This document shows, in pieces, positions 13,231 through 27,711 of a stretch of 64,000 bases of DNA. Location: the NCBI GenBank assembly GCA_951406725.2, contig OX597815.1:93186001-93250000 (forward strand), read 5' to 3'. How positions within the stretch are numbered: the stretch's first letter is position 1; each line of letters begins with the position of its first letter. A model generated the notes under the pieces. The model had not been told where the DNA came from and did not search any database. It was given only the letters and a program-made list of their open reading frames with translations. The position numbers were made by a program, and so were the translations under genes. The DNA comes from Octopus vulgaris. Lineage: Eukaryota.

Positions 13231-13938
13231 AAACTGACATGTAAGTTTACACTGGTCGCATTGCCTAACTGTTATGGAGTGTGAGTACCTGATAACATTT
13301 TAGATGCCAGATGCTAATATTGTTTCATTGTAGGGAGGAAGCAATAATTTTTTACTGATTTTGATGAACATCAATACTGCACTTCTACTTATTTTATTAA
13401 CAACTTGGGAGGAAATAAAGGTGAAGTTGTCACAACTTAAAATTATAACTTTCTTTAAAGCAATGAAACCTTAAGACTGTAAATGATATGGAACTGTGTT
13501 TTAGAGAAAAACAGAACAGAAAAAAAAAAACTTCTACTTTCAACACAGAAATTAACACTATACAACTATATCCTACTTCAGACAATAATAATGGTGGTGG
13601 TGGTAATAATTTCCTATATGAATCAAACCCCACACATTTGTGGAGTGGGTAAAGCTAACTCTGGGCAAATTAAACCCGAGTCTCTGTTGAAATCAGAATA
13701 TGATGGTAAATATCTAAATATATCAAAGCATTTAGCTTGACAGTTTTCTGTAACTACAAAAACAATATTGAAAATATCAAACTTTCAAAAGTTTTTAAAG
13801 AGTTATGCAAACCTAAATTAGAAATATGTTTTCCCTAAAGTCACTTATGTTTTGGTTAAATTAAAGTTAATTTCATAGATTTAAATCCTTTAGTATCAAT
13901 GCAAACATTTCATTAATGAAATCCATAAAATAACATAC

Positions 13939-14025
13939 CAAGACATTGCTATCGGTGCCATCATAGCTCTCAGCTCTTTTATCTCGCACTTTTTGTTTCC
14001 AATGTAATAATCGAAAAAGCAACAT
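13939..14025 (-). CDS. Candidate alternative first coding exon of a short Trio isoform (MLLFRLLHWKQKVRDKRAESYDGTDSNVL)
   Basis: ATG with G at -3 and an in-frame TAA four codons upstream; 29 open codons ending at TTG|GTATGT in phase 0, matching the SH3 exon. Lies in non-repetitive sequence that retains CpGs. Confidence 0.5.
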
Positions 14026-14450
14026 TCCCAAATATTAGACAGTCATCCTCTTTTTGTGAAATCAATTAAATATCCGAGAATAGATTCCAGTGTAGTCCAA
14101 CACAAAGTTGTTTGCCAAGTGATAATTCAAGAAGAGAAAAATGTCATCCCACTCAAAGCTGCATCTGTAGAGATCTCTCTCTCTCTTTTCTTTTTAAGTC
14201 CATTTTCTGGAGAAAGTTTTCTTTTTAATTTAGCAGCTGACCACAAGAAGCATCACGAATCAATCAGTCTGTTATTATCAACACAGGCAGAAGCAAATAT
14301 TTGACAAAGTCAATAAAATATAATCGATATGAATGTGTTAAATACAGATCTATAATGGGACAAGCACATTCACTGGAGTGAACAGTAAGACGAAGTAAAA
14401 ATGTCAGACAGAGACTGAATAAAAAAACTTATACCACGTATACATTAGAA
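14026..14450 (-). promoter_or_regulatory. Putative 5' UTR/internal promoter of the candidate short isoform
   Basis: No recognisable transposon sequence; several retained CpGs directly upstream of the candidate exon. No TSS can be determined from sequence. Confidence 0.3.
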
Positions 14451-15121
14451 TTGAACTATTACAACAGCGATGACAACTCCTGACACTAAGGCTGCAGTGT
14501 TTAGAAAATTTTCTTAGTATGATGAGAACAGGAAAATTAGCAAAGCAAGCTGATACTTTCAATGTCTGAGTGAAGAATGGTCTGCTGGTTGTATAATGTC
14601 TATTTATACCTGAATGTAGCAGCTGTTTGCTACAGGAGTTCTACTATTTATCTGCCACCACTGTTTTAGTATAGCAGAATGAGTGAATGAGAAAGAAATG
14701 CTACAACACAGAATCCCTTTATAATCTTAACCACCCCGCTCACCATCACCATTTGCAATTTGAGCTTAAACATGAGGGAATGAAGATATGTGTAAAGAAC
14801 AAGAAATATGGGCTGAGAGTGTTAGTGTTGAATGGATATAATGGAATTTGGGTGAATATTTCTTTCTAAAAACTTTAGTAGTCTTTCAGCACTATGGTAA
14901 CAGGTAGTAAAGGAGTTCAATTCTTGGAGTGTAACAATATATAAATATATAACATAATAATTATTAAAGAGAAAGAGAAATAAAAGATATGAAATAATAA
15001 CAAATGCACACACACACCATTATCATGCCAGCATGCAAAAAACAGATGTAAAAGCAATGATAATGTGTGTGATGTGTGAATATGTATACACACATACATT
15101 ATATACATACACACACACGTT

Positions 15122-15186
<65 letters not shown>

Positions 15187-15188
15187 AA

Positions 15189-15221
<33 letters not shown>

Positions 15222-16119
15222 GAATATATGTGTATGTGCGCACACACATCTGTGTGTAAGTAATTTAGAACTGGTGTTGTCAATATTGTGCTATTTTATG
15301 TCCCATAACATAGTGATTTGTCAAAAAGGAGCAGTACTGGGTTGATCTGACTGATAAATTTCTTGAAGACAGTGTGTCAGTATGGTTGCTAACCAATGAT
15401 TGAAACTGATAAAAGAATAAGAGTGAGTTTTGAGTTTGCATGTGTGTGTGTGTGCATGCATGAACATGTGTACATATACACACAAATATACATGTGTATG
15501 TATGCATATGTGTGAGTACATATATCTATAGTTGTATATCTAAATCACTATATATAAGCTCCTTTCACTCTGTTCTAGAATTCACCTTTACTATGTTAAA
15601 TTCCTTCATTAGCTTCCCAGATATTTTCTTTACTATCAACAATATTCACCTGTTCACCACCATACACTTGACACCCCCTGACACCCATTCCTATCTCCAC
15701 TCTCTTTTACTCTTTTACTTGTTTCAGTCATTTGACTGCGGCCATGCTGGAGCACGTTTTTCTTCACATCAAATCTACTACACAAATCTTCCAATTCTGT
15801 CATCTTTGTTGCCTTTGCTGCATCAATATGGATTTTGAATCCCAGTGCAGAAAGAAAAAAAAAGCCCAATTCCTTAACTAAAGATATGCCTGTTTGGTGG
15901 AAGGCCCTGCCCAAACCATTCACTGTTCAACCGCCCTCCTATACTATTGATGTACATCTAAAACTCTTTCCCAACACTCTGACTCTGTAACTGCTCCAAT
16001 CTTTTCTATACTACCTTTCCTCTCCTCACCTTCAAGAAACAAAACAATCCATGCAACTTCTTCCTATAAGAGAGTGCTGTAGTCATCTGTGAAGTTTATA
16101 ACTTTCATAACTACACTCA

Positions 16120-16272
16120 CGGAGTGGTTGGCGTTAGGAAGGGCATCCAGCTGTAGAAACATTGCCAGATAAGACCGGAGCTTGGTGCAGCCTTCTGGCT
16201 TCCCAGATCCCCAGTCAAACCGTCCAACCCATGCTAGCATGGAGAACGGATGTTAAACGATGATGATGATGA
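16120..16272 (+). mobile_element. RTE-related 3' tail repeat, little diverged
   Basis: ggagtggttggcgttaggaagggcatccagctgtagaaac...aacccatgctagcatggagaacggatgttaaacgatgatgat; CpGs intact. Confidence 0.75.
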
Positions 16273-16553
16273 TATATCTATACCATATGGGGCTTCCTAC
16301 ACACAATGATCACATGTCAAAAAAGGTCAAGCATGTGAATAATGATATGTAACTGTAATGGTCAAAACCTAACAGCAAAGTCTACATGAATTAAAACCAT
16401 CCATTTTAAAAGATGCAGCACAGAAATCAAAACTGTCCCCTATCCTGATGATGTGGTCGAGACAATCTGAAAACATTCATAAAAAAAATGTGTGTGCATG
16501 TGAATTTAATCAATCAATCTATCTATAGACAAAGCTGTAGATACACATACATA

Positions 16554-16607
<54 letters not shown>

Positions 16608-16702
16608 TATATTGCACATGCACATGAGTTGTAGTAGCTATTTAAAAACACATGTACTTTTACATTCAGTTCTGCTTATTATTTACTTTGTGATAATATT
16701 TA

Positions 16703-16704
<2 letters not shown>

Positions 16705-16748
<44 letters not shown>

Positions 16749-16774
16749 GTGCGTGTGTGTGTGTGTTATATATA

Positions 16775-16830
<56 letters not shown>
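16705..16830. repeat. (TG)n + (TA)n microsatellite
   Basis: Directly visible; similar tracts at 15128-15221, 27149-27223 and 28922-28981. Confidence 0.95.
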
Positions 16831-16832
<2 letters not shown>

Positions 16833-17446
16833 TCCACTCAGTAAATGCTGAAGACTTTTCAAGTACATCTACAACCAGCTCACTAATAGTATACATCACT
16901 GCAAGGCAGAGAATTCATACTCATTAATATATAACTTATTATCAAACTTTTATAAATGAACAGAAGTAAATATAACAGTATATATGTATGTATGTGTTTC
17001 AGTTACAAATAGTCAATCTCAGAATAAATCATTTGCAGAAAAAAAACAAAACAACAACTTATGTGTGTGGAGTGGGGTGTATGGTTATGTGATTTCATAT
17101 TTAAACATAACACCAATTCTCACAGGGTGAAAATCAGTGTTATAGAAGCAAGCAATTCAGTATTTTAAAGGTTTATATTTTATCAAATCTGGAATGTTTG
17201 ACTCTAATTCAGCAGGATGAAACTAAACAGAAAATTATTTCATCCAGTCTATAGTTTCTAGCAACTCATAACCTTTGAATAATTACAATATTACTTTAGC
17301 ACAAATCCATAAATTTGTATAGGGCAACTATAGTTCATTTAATCTATACTAATTCTAATTAATCATATTCACTCTCAAAGGATAAAAGGAAAAATTAATG
17401 TTGATAGCATTTTAAATCAAGATATAGATGGACCTAAGTAAATAGT

Positions 17447-17556
17447 TAGTAGTAGTAGTAGTGGTGGTAGTAGTAGTTGTAGTGGTGGTAGTAGTAGTAG
17501 TTGTAGTGGTGGTAGTAGTAGTAGTGGTGGTGGTGGTGGTGGTGGTGGTGGTGGTG
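17447..17556. repeat. (GTA/GTG)n trinucleotide microsatellite
   Basis: Directly visible; explains the poly-Val ORF. Confidence 0.95.
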
Positions 17557-19863
17557 ATAGAAGAAAAAGGGAATTTGTTCCAAATATTAGTACAATTTAG
17601 AGGAGGGGTTAGATTAGTTACAATGATTCCAACACTTCACTAATACTTTATTTTACTGACTCTGGTGTAATGAAAAGCACACTTAGCCTCAGTAAAATTT
17701 GATCTCAAACTGTCAAGAACTAAAACAAATATTGCAAGGTATTTTGTACGACACTCTAACAAATCGTCATCATCCACCTCTTCGTAATTTTCATCATCAT
17801 TTTAATGCCCCTGAGGTTAGTTTTCATAGCTGGATGCCCTCTCTCACCTATCAGACATATTTTCATAGAAGATTGGAAGCAAGTAGCACCATTTATATGA
17901 CAGGGATGCATATATATCAGGATTGGCAGTATAACAATTTACACTTTTGTGTAAATGTCTTTCCAGAGAATTATTTCTAACACATCCTCACATTAGAATA
18001 ATTCCGAGTCAGGAGAAAGGTAAAATGAATTGCTATTCAAAAGTAAGTTTTCAAGAAGGAAACATGTAGGACCAGCACCTTATCTTAAAACATTCAGTAA
18101 CTAAAAAGTGTTGTGACTTCTGCAAAGGGAGATTAGATATATCTCTACGGTAGAAATAACAGATGAATTAAAATCATCATCATCATTAATGTTCTTCACC
18201 CATTTTCCATGCTGGCATGGACTAGATGGTACATTTCTGCTCTTTCTAGATGGGTTGGAAAACCACCTTTCACTCAAAGTATTCACAATGCTTAATGTAA
18301 TTGAATTATTACTAGTTAAGTTTCGTGTTCTTATTGTATCATCAATTATTTCTCAATGTCTAAACTACTTCAGAATTTCTTAGTCCATGAAGCATTATTT
18401 TAAATTATTTAATAGAAAATTGAAACCTAATTTTTTCCTCTTATTAGACAGAATTTGAATCTTTTACAATCTTGAAAACTATGAGAAAGAGAGCGGATAG
18501 CCTTCTTTCAGTTTGTCTGGGGATGTAAACAAACCAATAATGGTTGTCAAGTAGTGGAGTGGGGAGCAAACACACAAATATATATAGTTAGCAATTTTGT
18601 TCACTATATTCACTCACAAGGCTTTGGTTGACCTGGAACTATAAAAAGACCTTTGCCCATGGTGCCACATGAAATCAGTGGGTTTCAGGTTCAGCGAGCT
18701 TCTTGACCACACAGCTATGTCTGCTCTTATACTGATATTTTCGCCAACAACCTTTATACTTTCAACTGCTTAAACTTAATTACCCCTACCAACCAGCATG
18801 AAATAACTTGATAAAAACTAAGGATGTTTGCCTTTTAAATGACAATCCTATATATATTGCTTTATTTTATTAGATAAAGTATTTTTATAAACTTAGATAA
18901 AACACACTTCAACTCAATAGATCCTTCACTAAGATACTTGTATTTTTCAGCATACCAAAAACACTATAGTACCCATTATATATAAATTGTATTCCATATA
19001 GTTTACATATGTTAACAGGTACATGTAATTCACCTAGATGCTATCCACTCCCATTTCCACGCCATTCAGTGACATCCAGTACACACAACCCATTCTTGAT
19101 ATTAGGTACACAAACAGCCAATCAAATCACTTGTCACTCCTACCAGCAGGAACTGTAAGTCAATGAGAGAGCTTCAACTCATTTCCTTGATCTGTTAGAA
19201 ATACAAGTAAAATTTCCCAGAAATCATACCCTATCTTACAAAAGATATGATACATTGTACAACGTAGTTCTAGACATTAAAATAAAAAGCCAGCATGATG
19301 GTTATGGCTGAAATGCCTTTCATCATAGATCATTTTGAAGAGCCAATTTGGGTCTAAACAACCAGTGACAACCACTATCAACCATGATAAACATATGTGA
19401 AAACAGACAAGACCTTTCTAAGTGTAAAAGTCACTGTCCTGTTGTTATTTCACTCAACAAACTAACAAAGCTATTTTGAGCAAATAAAATTCTACCTACC
19501 ACCCAAGTGTTCATTCATTCCATTATAACTAACATATCAGCATAATACAACTTCTAAACATTCTGGAATTGACACTGACAACACCCTTACAATTAAACAG
19601 TTAATTCCATTAACTCAATGTTCAGTCACTTGTATTCTTATTATCTAACATTACACATTCCCTCACTCTAATTATAGCTTCTGCTCAGCTCTCTCTCTCT
19701 CTCTCGCTCTCACTCTTCTCCTCATTCTCCCACCTTAACGCTTAATTTAGGACCACTGATTCAATCCCTCTCTTTAAGATGAACTTTTCTTGAGTTAAGT
19801 AGTATGTGATACACAAAAGGTAGATGTCCTTATCATTCAATAGAACCTTCAAAGTTAACACTA

Positions 19864-20064
19864 CCCTTTTGATACCAACCCAACTGAGAGCATCACCCCT
19901 AGTTCTATCAGACAAACTTTCTGGTTTAAAGTGATCTAAATTCATATTTCCCATTAAAATTTCATGTTATCAGCTTAATAAAGACAAAGTTATTTTACTT
20001 TATTGCTGTATTTCAGGGTGGTCATTTTATTTATTATTATTTTTTTTTTCCAAATAAACAAATG

Positions 20065-20113
<49 letters not shown>

Positions 20114-20565
20114 CTTCACTCATTTATTACTGTTATTTCAATGCTCGCCCATTGTCTGGAAATCTTTCGTCACACATCTGTAACCTCCATTCTGTTCTTC
20201 TAAGATGAGTATCCTTATGTGAGCATGCGTTTGTGTCCTTGTTTGTATCTGCATATGCTTGTGTGTGTGTTCTCCTCAGCCCCAAACATACACAAAAACA
20301 AGGATATAAACGCATGTGCACATAAGGAGACACATCATAGAAGAACAGAATGGAGATCACAGATGTGTGACGAAAGATTTCAGGATAATGGACGGGCATT
20401 AAAATAACAGTAATAAATGAGTGAAGAATATATATATGAAAAATAACGACGCGGGACTCTGTCGAGGCGAATTAATATATATATATATTTTATCAATTTT
20501 TCAAAAACTTTTCCATTAAAATTTTCTTTCAATTTAGCATTCTGCCTTTTTACAATTTTTCCTTG

Positions 20566-20606
<41 letters not shown>

Positions 20607-21205
20607 CATGTGTTTATTAGGAAAAAAATAAAATAAAATGACCACCCTGAAATACAACAATAAAGCAAAATATCTTTGTCTTTATTAACCTGATAACATG
20701 AAATTTTCTGCTGCTGTCCTAAGACCAGAGAAGAAAAACAAAAAGGTACAGTTCTTGTATTCCTTTGTGTATGTGTATGTGTGTTCATTCACAGTGTTGC
20801 CATTGTGGTAGTTGTTGTTGCCATCATCGGCACCACTGCTGCAGCTGATTGTATTAGTTGTGTTGTTGACATCATATGGTCATCCATGAGGTTTCATGTG
20901 TGTGTTTGTGCATATGGGTTTGCTTCATATATATCCATGCCCTTTATATAGTTTTATTTATATTATCTGTCTCTGTTTTACATTTATCACAGGCATGTGG
21001 GAGATATATCTATATATTCATATATTTATCTATTTATATATTTATTTACTTATCTATTTTTTTTATACATCTGTCTCTATTTCTCATAAGTATCACAAGT
21101 AAGTGCATATATATCTATTGTGTGTGTATTACTTTATTCTTCATTAATTTTTAAAATATTCGAAGAGGGTGCATTTCAACAGAGATATAATAACAAAAGG
21201 GTTAA
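19864..21205. mobile_element. piggyBac-like MITE split by a 1.1 kb composite insertion
   Basis: Left part ccctttt-gatacc...gacaaagttattttact; right part ttcttcatt...aacaaaagggTTAA. ttactttatt is repeated at 19995-20004 and 21129-21138. Confidence 0.6.
20112..20428. mobile_element. Palindromic MITE inserted in a (TA)n tract
   Basis: About 135-bp imperfect inverted arms (ttcttcactcatttattactgttattt... / ...aaataacagtaataaatgagtgaagaa) flanked by TA repeats. Confidence 0.8.
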
Positions 21206-21544
21206 ACAACATGCCCATTATGTCAGCTATGTTGTGCTTCAGTCTCATGTGAGATCATATTTGCATTTCATAGTGCTTCCTCGTGCAGTGCACAAAGGAA
21301 CAGTAAAGACATATAAAAGCATAGTGATAGCCAGGAGGTGGAGTAGTGTAGTGAGAACCAAGAGATGGGGCAGTGTGGTGACAGTCATGAACTGAGACAA
21401 GTAGTTACAATGAGGATATATAGGAGTGTAGCAGACTTGGTTATTCACTGATTGACAAATCTGATAGCACTAGAGTTCATAGTAGTTGACAATTCAGTAT
21501 ACTTTGAATACAGTGAGATTACATTGCAGCAATTTTGGTGTTTG

Positions 21545-21745
21545 GCAAACTGGCAGAATCATTAGCTTGCTGGGCAAAACGCTTATAGGCATTTCATCTG
21601 TTTTCATGGTCTGAGTTCAAATTCTGTTGAGGTTGATTTTACCTTTCATTCTTTCAGGGATGCACCAGTTGAACACTGGAGTTGATGTAATTGACTTATT
21701 CACTGCCCTGAACTTGCTGGCCTTGTGCCAAAATTTGAAATTTGA
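21545..21745 (+). mobile_element. tRNA-derived SINE
   Basis: A-box-like tggcagaatcattag and B-box-like gagttcaaattc; an opposite-orientation copy lies at about 44725-44895. Confidence 0.6.
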
Positions 21746-24700
21746 GATCAATTATAACCGGGGAGAGAGTATTTTAAGATGGTGTGTCTTGGTAATTGTC
21801 AAGAAATTTAAACCATATCACAGCTGTGAGATGTGTTCCTTGTACGTTTTGTTGGCCTCTGAGTTGATTTTTGCAATGCGTGTAATATAATATAGTATAG
21901 AGTATAAAACTTAGATGAACTGCAATTTACAAAGTTCAGGTGATTATAAATGAACTATAAAGATTTTTAATAAGAATGCTATTAGACATTACAAATACCA
22001 ATTTGAGGTAGAAAAAAAATCAACACGATCTATTCACAAGACACTAACCATGTATAATATCTCAGATAATAGCGTGATAGCAAAAGATGAGAACTTGGTA
22101 CAAAAGAAGGTACAGAAGAAATGGGGAAAAAACCACCTTATTTTTTTTTTTGGGGGGGGGCGATGCATACCCTGTGTGCAGATAAGATTTTTTGCAGATA
22201 AGAGTGGCTTACAATGCATTGCTTATCCATGCTTTTTAACTGAACTGAATAATTTTTTTTTTCTTTTTTTAAGTACCACCATTATAGGTATATATATTCC
22301 AGTGAAATTAAGAAATCAAGTCGTAAATAAATGAAACACTCAAATCCATCACTGTACACATGTGTGTGTGTGCACACACACACACACACACAGTTGCATA
22401 TGTATGTATGTATGTATGTATATATGTACATGCCCACATGTGTCTACACACATAAGTACAACATAATCCATACACGCAGACAAGGGTTGATTTATATGAA
22501 AAAGTGAAAATAATATGACCACTTGTTTATTGGGAAATTTGTAAGTCTGATTTATTCTTTTATTTGTTGTCATTTGACTGTGGTCATGCTGGAGCACTAC
22601 CTTTAGTCAAACAAATCAACTCCAGGGCTTATAAGCCTAGTACTTATTCTTTCGGTCTCTTTTGCCAAACCACTAAGTTACAGGTGATGCAGTAGACACA
22701 ACTTTAGTGGGAGAGGGGTACAGTCAATTTGCTTGTTCCCAGCACTTTTCTGAATTCAGTCAATGAAAGTCAAAACTGGGCAAGAAGTGGGATGGATGGA
22801 TTTAGAATTTAAAGATGTGCCCCAATACAGTAAGACATTTGTCTCCAAATATATCATTCAAGGGAAAAAGAAAACAAAAAGGGAACAGGTTTACAAGGTC
22901 ATTGGTTGACCTTCAATACAAACAGATAAATCATTTAGTTTTGATTATATGAAAAACACTGCTAGAATTAAATTAACTACAATTTACTGACTTAATATAC
23001 CAGAATTACTGAATAATTAAATTTGAACTAATAGACAATATTTTGTCAAACAACTGTATCACATGTACATAGAAGGTAATAGGTGCTACAGTTAGTTCTC
23101 AGGCAGAGTCACTGAATACATCAGAAGAAGAACTGAACAAGAGACAATAATAAATCTCACATACATATGGAAGCCCATTTGAAACTGTGGTCTTCATACC
23201 TTTCTGATAGGAAAACATACACACCTTTCTGAAACTGATATGACTTATCAGACACTAACCAAAGCAACGCCAACTTAAATGACTGGGAAACATAATTGTT
23301 TACACAGACAAACGTATATATAGAACAGTATACAAGTACTGCATACGGACATATGAACAGTAACACACAATCAAGAAGTTGTTATCTAGCTTGAAACTCA
23401 GCATGACATTCTTAACAAACCCAAGATCAGATCACTAAGTACACTTGCAATTTGTCATCAATAAAAAAAATCTAACAGAATAACATTCAACAGATAATTT
23501 TAACTATCAGGGTTTCCTTCTTTCAAGAAAAGGTGTTGGGGATGAAGGGATGAAAATCAAGATGTAGTATAGCAAAAAACCAGTCAATGTTTGGAAGGAT
23601 ACACTAAATGGAATTATCTTCACAACAGCACTATGATGATGGCAAGAGAACACAACAATAAGAGAATCACTATGTGGCCACTTCTTAACTAGTTAGAAAT
23701 AGCAACCAATTTTCCATCAAATGGCACTTTAGTGTCTTGAAAAGAGTAGTCCTAGACATGCAAGGCATGCCTTTGATTAAAGGTATACTTGATCAGGAAT
23801 GAGTATAAATGAACAACTGTAGAGAGGAATAACAAGGTACGGACTGGACAACAAAATTTGTGGTTGCCTTACTGTTTATATTCTGACTTAAAATTTTGCC
23901 AGGGTCAACTTTATCTTTCATATGTCAAAAGAATTAAGTGCCAGTTAGTCTTAACCATATGGCTAAGAGGTTCAGACTAAGTGGTTTCAGGTTCAATTTA
24001 CAGTGCTATTGGGCTAAATGTCTTTGATCATAATCTCAAGGCAACTGAAGTCTTTCAAATGAAATTTATAGAGATAGAGACTGTGTGAAGTTCTCTGAAA
24101 TGAGACTTAAACCACTGCACAATTTAACATAACTACCATGTCCCTTGAGCACCTTTAGTGGAGTTCATACTGTAGCAAGCATTTAGGCCAGGACTTCTGC
24201 CTGAAGTAATTTCCATTCACCAATGACAGATGCTCTTAAAAGGATCATGAACACTGCCTTCTCCTCAAGCTAAGATATAAAGATAGGACACTTTTACTGG
24301 GAGGAAAAACAGAAAAACCGGATAGGCATGACTTCAACACTTTTAATCACAAATTTGCTGCATCAAACTGACCTGAGGCTAAATAGCAACACTACCACCA
24401 CAATCAGCAGGTGCAAGAAATAGACTGGATAGTGGACAGAAAACATGTCCAGTGTGTCATACTCCATACCACACAATTGAAGTTTGTCAGCATGCACCAT
24501 GTAGTTAGGTACTGGCAAGGAATACCTGGAACTGCTAATTTATGAACCACTTGTAGTTATTCAGCCAGTTATCTGTACCTTGGTTCTGTTGATCACAGAT
24601 GACCAACACTATCAATGCTATTACAAAAAAGAGCAAGTTTCTCACAGAAATGAAGATTGTAAGTATTGACAATAGGCCTGGCTTTAAAGAGAAATTCCTT

Positions 24701-27147
24701 GAACAACAACAACAGGAAGAATATCTAACATAGGCAGAAGGCCACATATTTTAGAAAGGAGAACAATCAATTTAATCAACTTCATTGATAGACTGGTTAT
24801 AATAATAAACATTTTAATGATCTCAGAAGGATCATTGAAATAAGAATTTTTGGTGGGAAGTGAATTTAAAGCTTCACAAAAGCTATGACAAAATACTGCT
24901 TGACACTAAGTCTGACATTATCTACTCCATCAACAGGCTCATATTTTCCTACTAAATAATTTGCAAGAGCTAAAAAGCTAATTTTAGTCAATGACTTCTT
25001 AGACACTTTGATTTGAAATACTGCAATGGGGAGAGATACTAAACTGCAGTTGCAGACATAAGAAAGTTTAATTAATTAACCAACATATGACAGATTAGTC
25101 AAATTACTGTTAGTAGCAAAGTGTTATTATGAAGGTGAGAGAAAGACAGTTGCAGTTAAAATTGTTGAACTAAAACTACACAAACTTGCAATTAAAGTTT
25201 CTACAGTTTCAGAATTGTTACTGTTTTTAATCAATTTTAATGTTCCAGACAATTCTTAATTTGATTAATTGCTTTGGGTTCAAAGGACTGCTAATTTAGT
25301 TTTATTCAATGTATCACCATTATATAATAAAAACAAAGCTGTCTTGCAAAAGATTCAATGTAGTTACATTACTGAAGACATTAACCCTTCTAATGCCAGC
25401 CAATCCAAGGTCCCATTTACCTTTTCATACAAAATATTTTGATCAAAATCCCAAACAAAATTTCATAATTACATCAATGATATTGAGATTTCTGTTGGCT
25501 AAACTTACATCATAATTTTACACAAGAACTATTAGTTAAATTATATATCAAACATCAACGTATTTCCAACATCATTATCATTTTAAAATTCATTTTTCAT
25601 GCTTGCATGGGTTGGGTAGAATTTATCGAACCAATTTCTATGGCCAGATGCCCTTCTCGTTGCCAATCCTCACCTGTTTTCAAGCAAAATAATATTTTCC
25701 TTTAGCCAGACATATTTTTGCAGCATTCTGGAAATGAAGGACACAAAGGAGACAAACACACACATGATAGGCTTCATCTACCAAATCCACTCACAAGGCT
25801 TTGGTCAACCTAGAGATACAGAAGGAGACACTTAGCAAGGTGCCACACAGTGGGACTGAACCAGAAGCCATGTGGTTTGGAAGCAAACTTCCTAACTACA
25901 TAGGTATACCTGTGCTTTAATACAGTAATAATGATTTTACTTATTCATCTTTTCCAAATTCTCAAGTGTTCTGGCAATTAATTTAATCATTTTTATACCA
26001 ACCTGCCTAGTAGGTATAAAAGCTTTGAAACTACCACTGGTTCTTTAAGCTTGTAAGCTTCCTGTTTAAAAGGGATCTAAATTAAAACTGTCCATCAAAA
26101 TTACATGCCAATTTATGTTCTAAACACCAGCTTAACAACAGAAATGTTGTTTTACTAAATTCTTCATTATTTTCAAAATTAAATGAAACAAAAGCAATGA
26201 ATTTCAACAATAATATGGTAACAAAAGGATTAAATGTACTGGCAATTCATTCTTGTAAGAAATAGGGCCAGTGAGATAACCCTTTTGTGATTATACTACT
26301 AAGTAGATTGCTGAAGTCTTTTAATTGATTTTCAATATAATCAAGAATTTGGAGGGGTTTGATAAGAGAGGTTTATACAATCATATTTTGGTTTAAATAT
26401 GAGCATAACACTTTAGTACAGGTAACCTCACATGGTTTGGTTTCAAAGGGATTAAGCAATATTTGTAGAAAAGCTGTGGAATGTGTCTGTGGCAACCTGA
26501 CTGAATACACAAATTATAAAAGTAACACATCAAGCCTTTTCTGATAATTTGATAATATCTGGGGGTGTGAAGTACCACCACCAAAAATCATGGAATCATC
26601 CCCTGCCTTTCTCTCATTCCTGTTCTATATCAATTTTCTTCCTGCCAGTATGGGTGTGATTGTTTATTTGTTAGAGCCATTTCTTTTTCATTTTTTTTTT
26701 AATCGCTGAATACACTTTCCTTCAGCTAATCATCACTCAACTACTTCTCACAGTTGGAAATATTTGTCAGTCAATTTTTCTATGGAAACAGCAGTATTTA
26801 TTTCCTAATTATCAGTTATAAATTTTCGAATTTCAGTTTTTCAATAGAAATTTCTTGAATATTCTCTCCTCCCACTACATGCTGTCTGTTCCCTCCCTAC
26901 AAATGATTCAACACTAGGATGGTTATTTGCACCACATGTTCCTGAATACTACATGTATTGCAATGTTTGCAGGTTTCAGTGAACAACAACTATTTTATCT
27001 TTTTTCCTCATTTATCAACATCGGGGTTCCATTGATATGATCTTTGGTTGTCTTCAGATATATTTTGACATTTAAACGTTTCTTAGGACAATGTATAATG
27101 CATAAGAACTAACAAAGACCACTCTTAAGATCAATCATAGCTCAAGG

Positions 27148-27219
<72 letters not shown>

Positions 27220-27711
27220 GTGTGTATGCAGAGAGAAAGAGAGAGAGAAAAACACAGTATAAAGTAACTGACAAGCTTTACACACTGGAATTATTATTAG
27301 AGAGAGAAAAAAACATTTTACGTCTTGGAAAGAGATAAATAATTATGATGGCTAAATAGAAATGAATTGTATGATTTGAAGAGATAATGTGTGATTACTA
27401 AGATTAGGAAAATTAGATTACAAGAATTTGGGGGAATTTCTAAAATATTCAACTAAAAAGATGAATAAATATGAATTAAATTGTAATAGTAGTGGGAATA
27501 CTAAAGAAATGATATTATTAAAAATATTTTATCATATCATTCACTGAAATATAAGAGTATTTATTGAAGGAAATAGAGAAACTAAAAATAAATTTAAATC
27601 TAAGGGAAATATCAAAAAGTTTAAGTACGCTGCATGTTGATAGGTTTGTTTAGTTTAACCCCCAGTTCAGTGCTCATCATAGATCAATGATATTCCAGCA
27701 ATAAAGCATCT

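Noticed and set aside
15023-17643. Many ORFs rich in YI, CV, HT or poly-V
   Set aside because: These are translations of (TA)n, (CA)n and (GTA/GTG)n microsatellites.
23195-23235. Duplicated cagAAAGgt motifs suggesting a microexon
   Set aside because: The 4-nt or 29-nt lengths would break the frame, and there is no phase-0 ATG frame.
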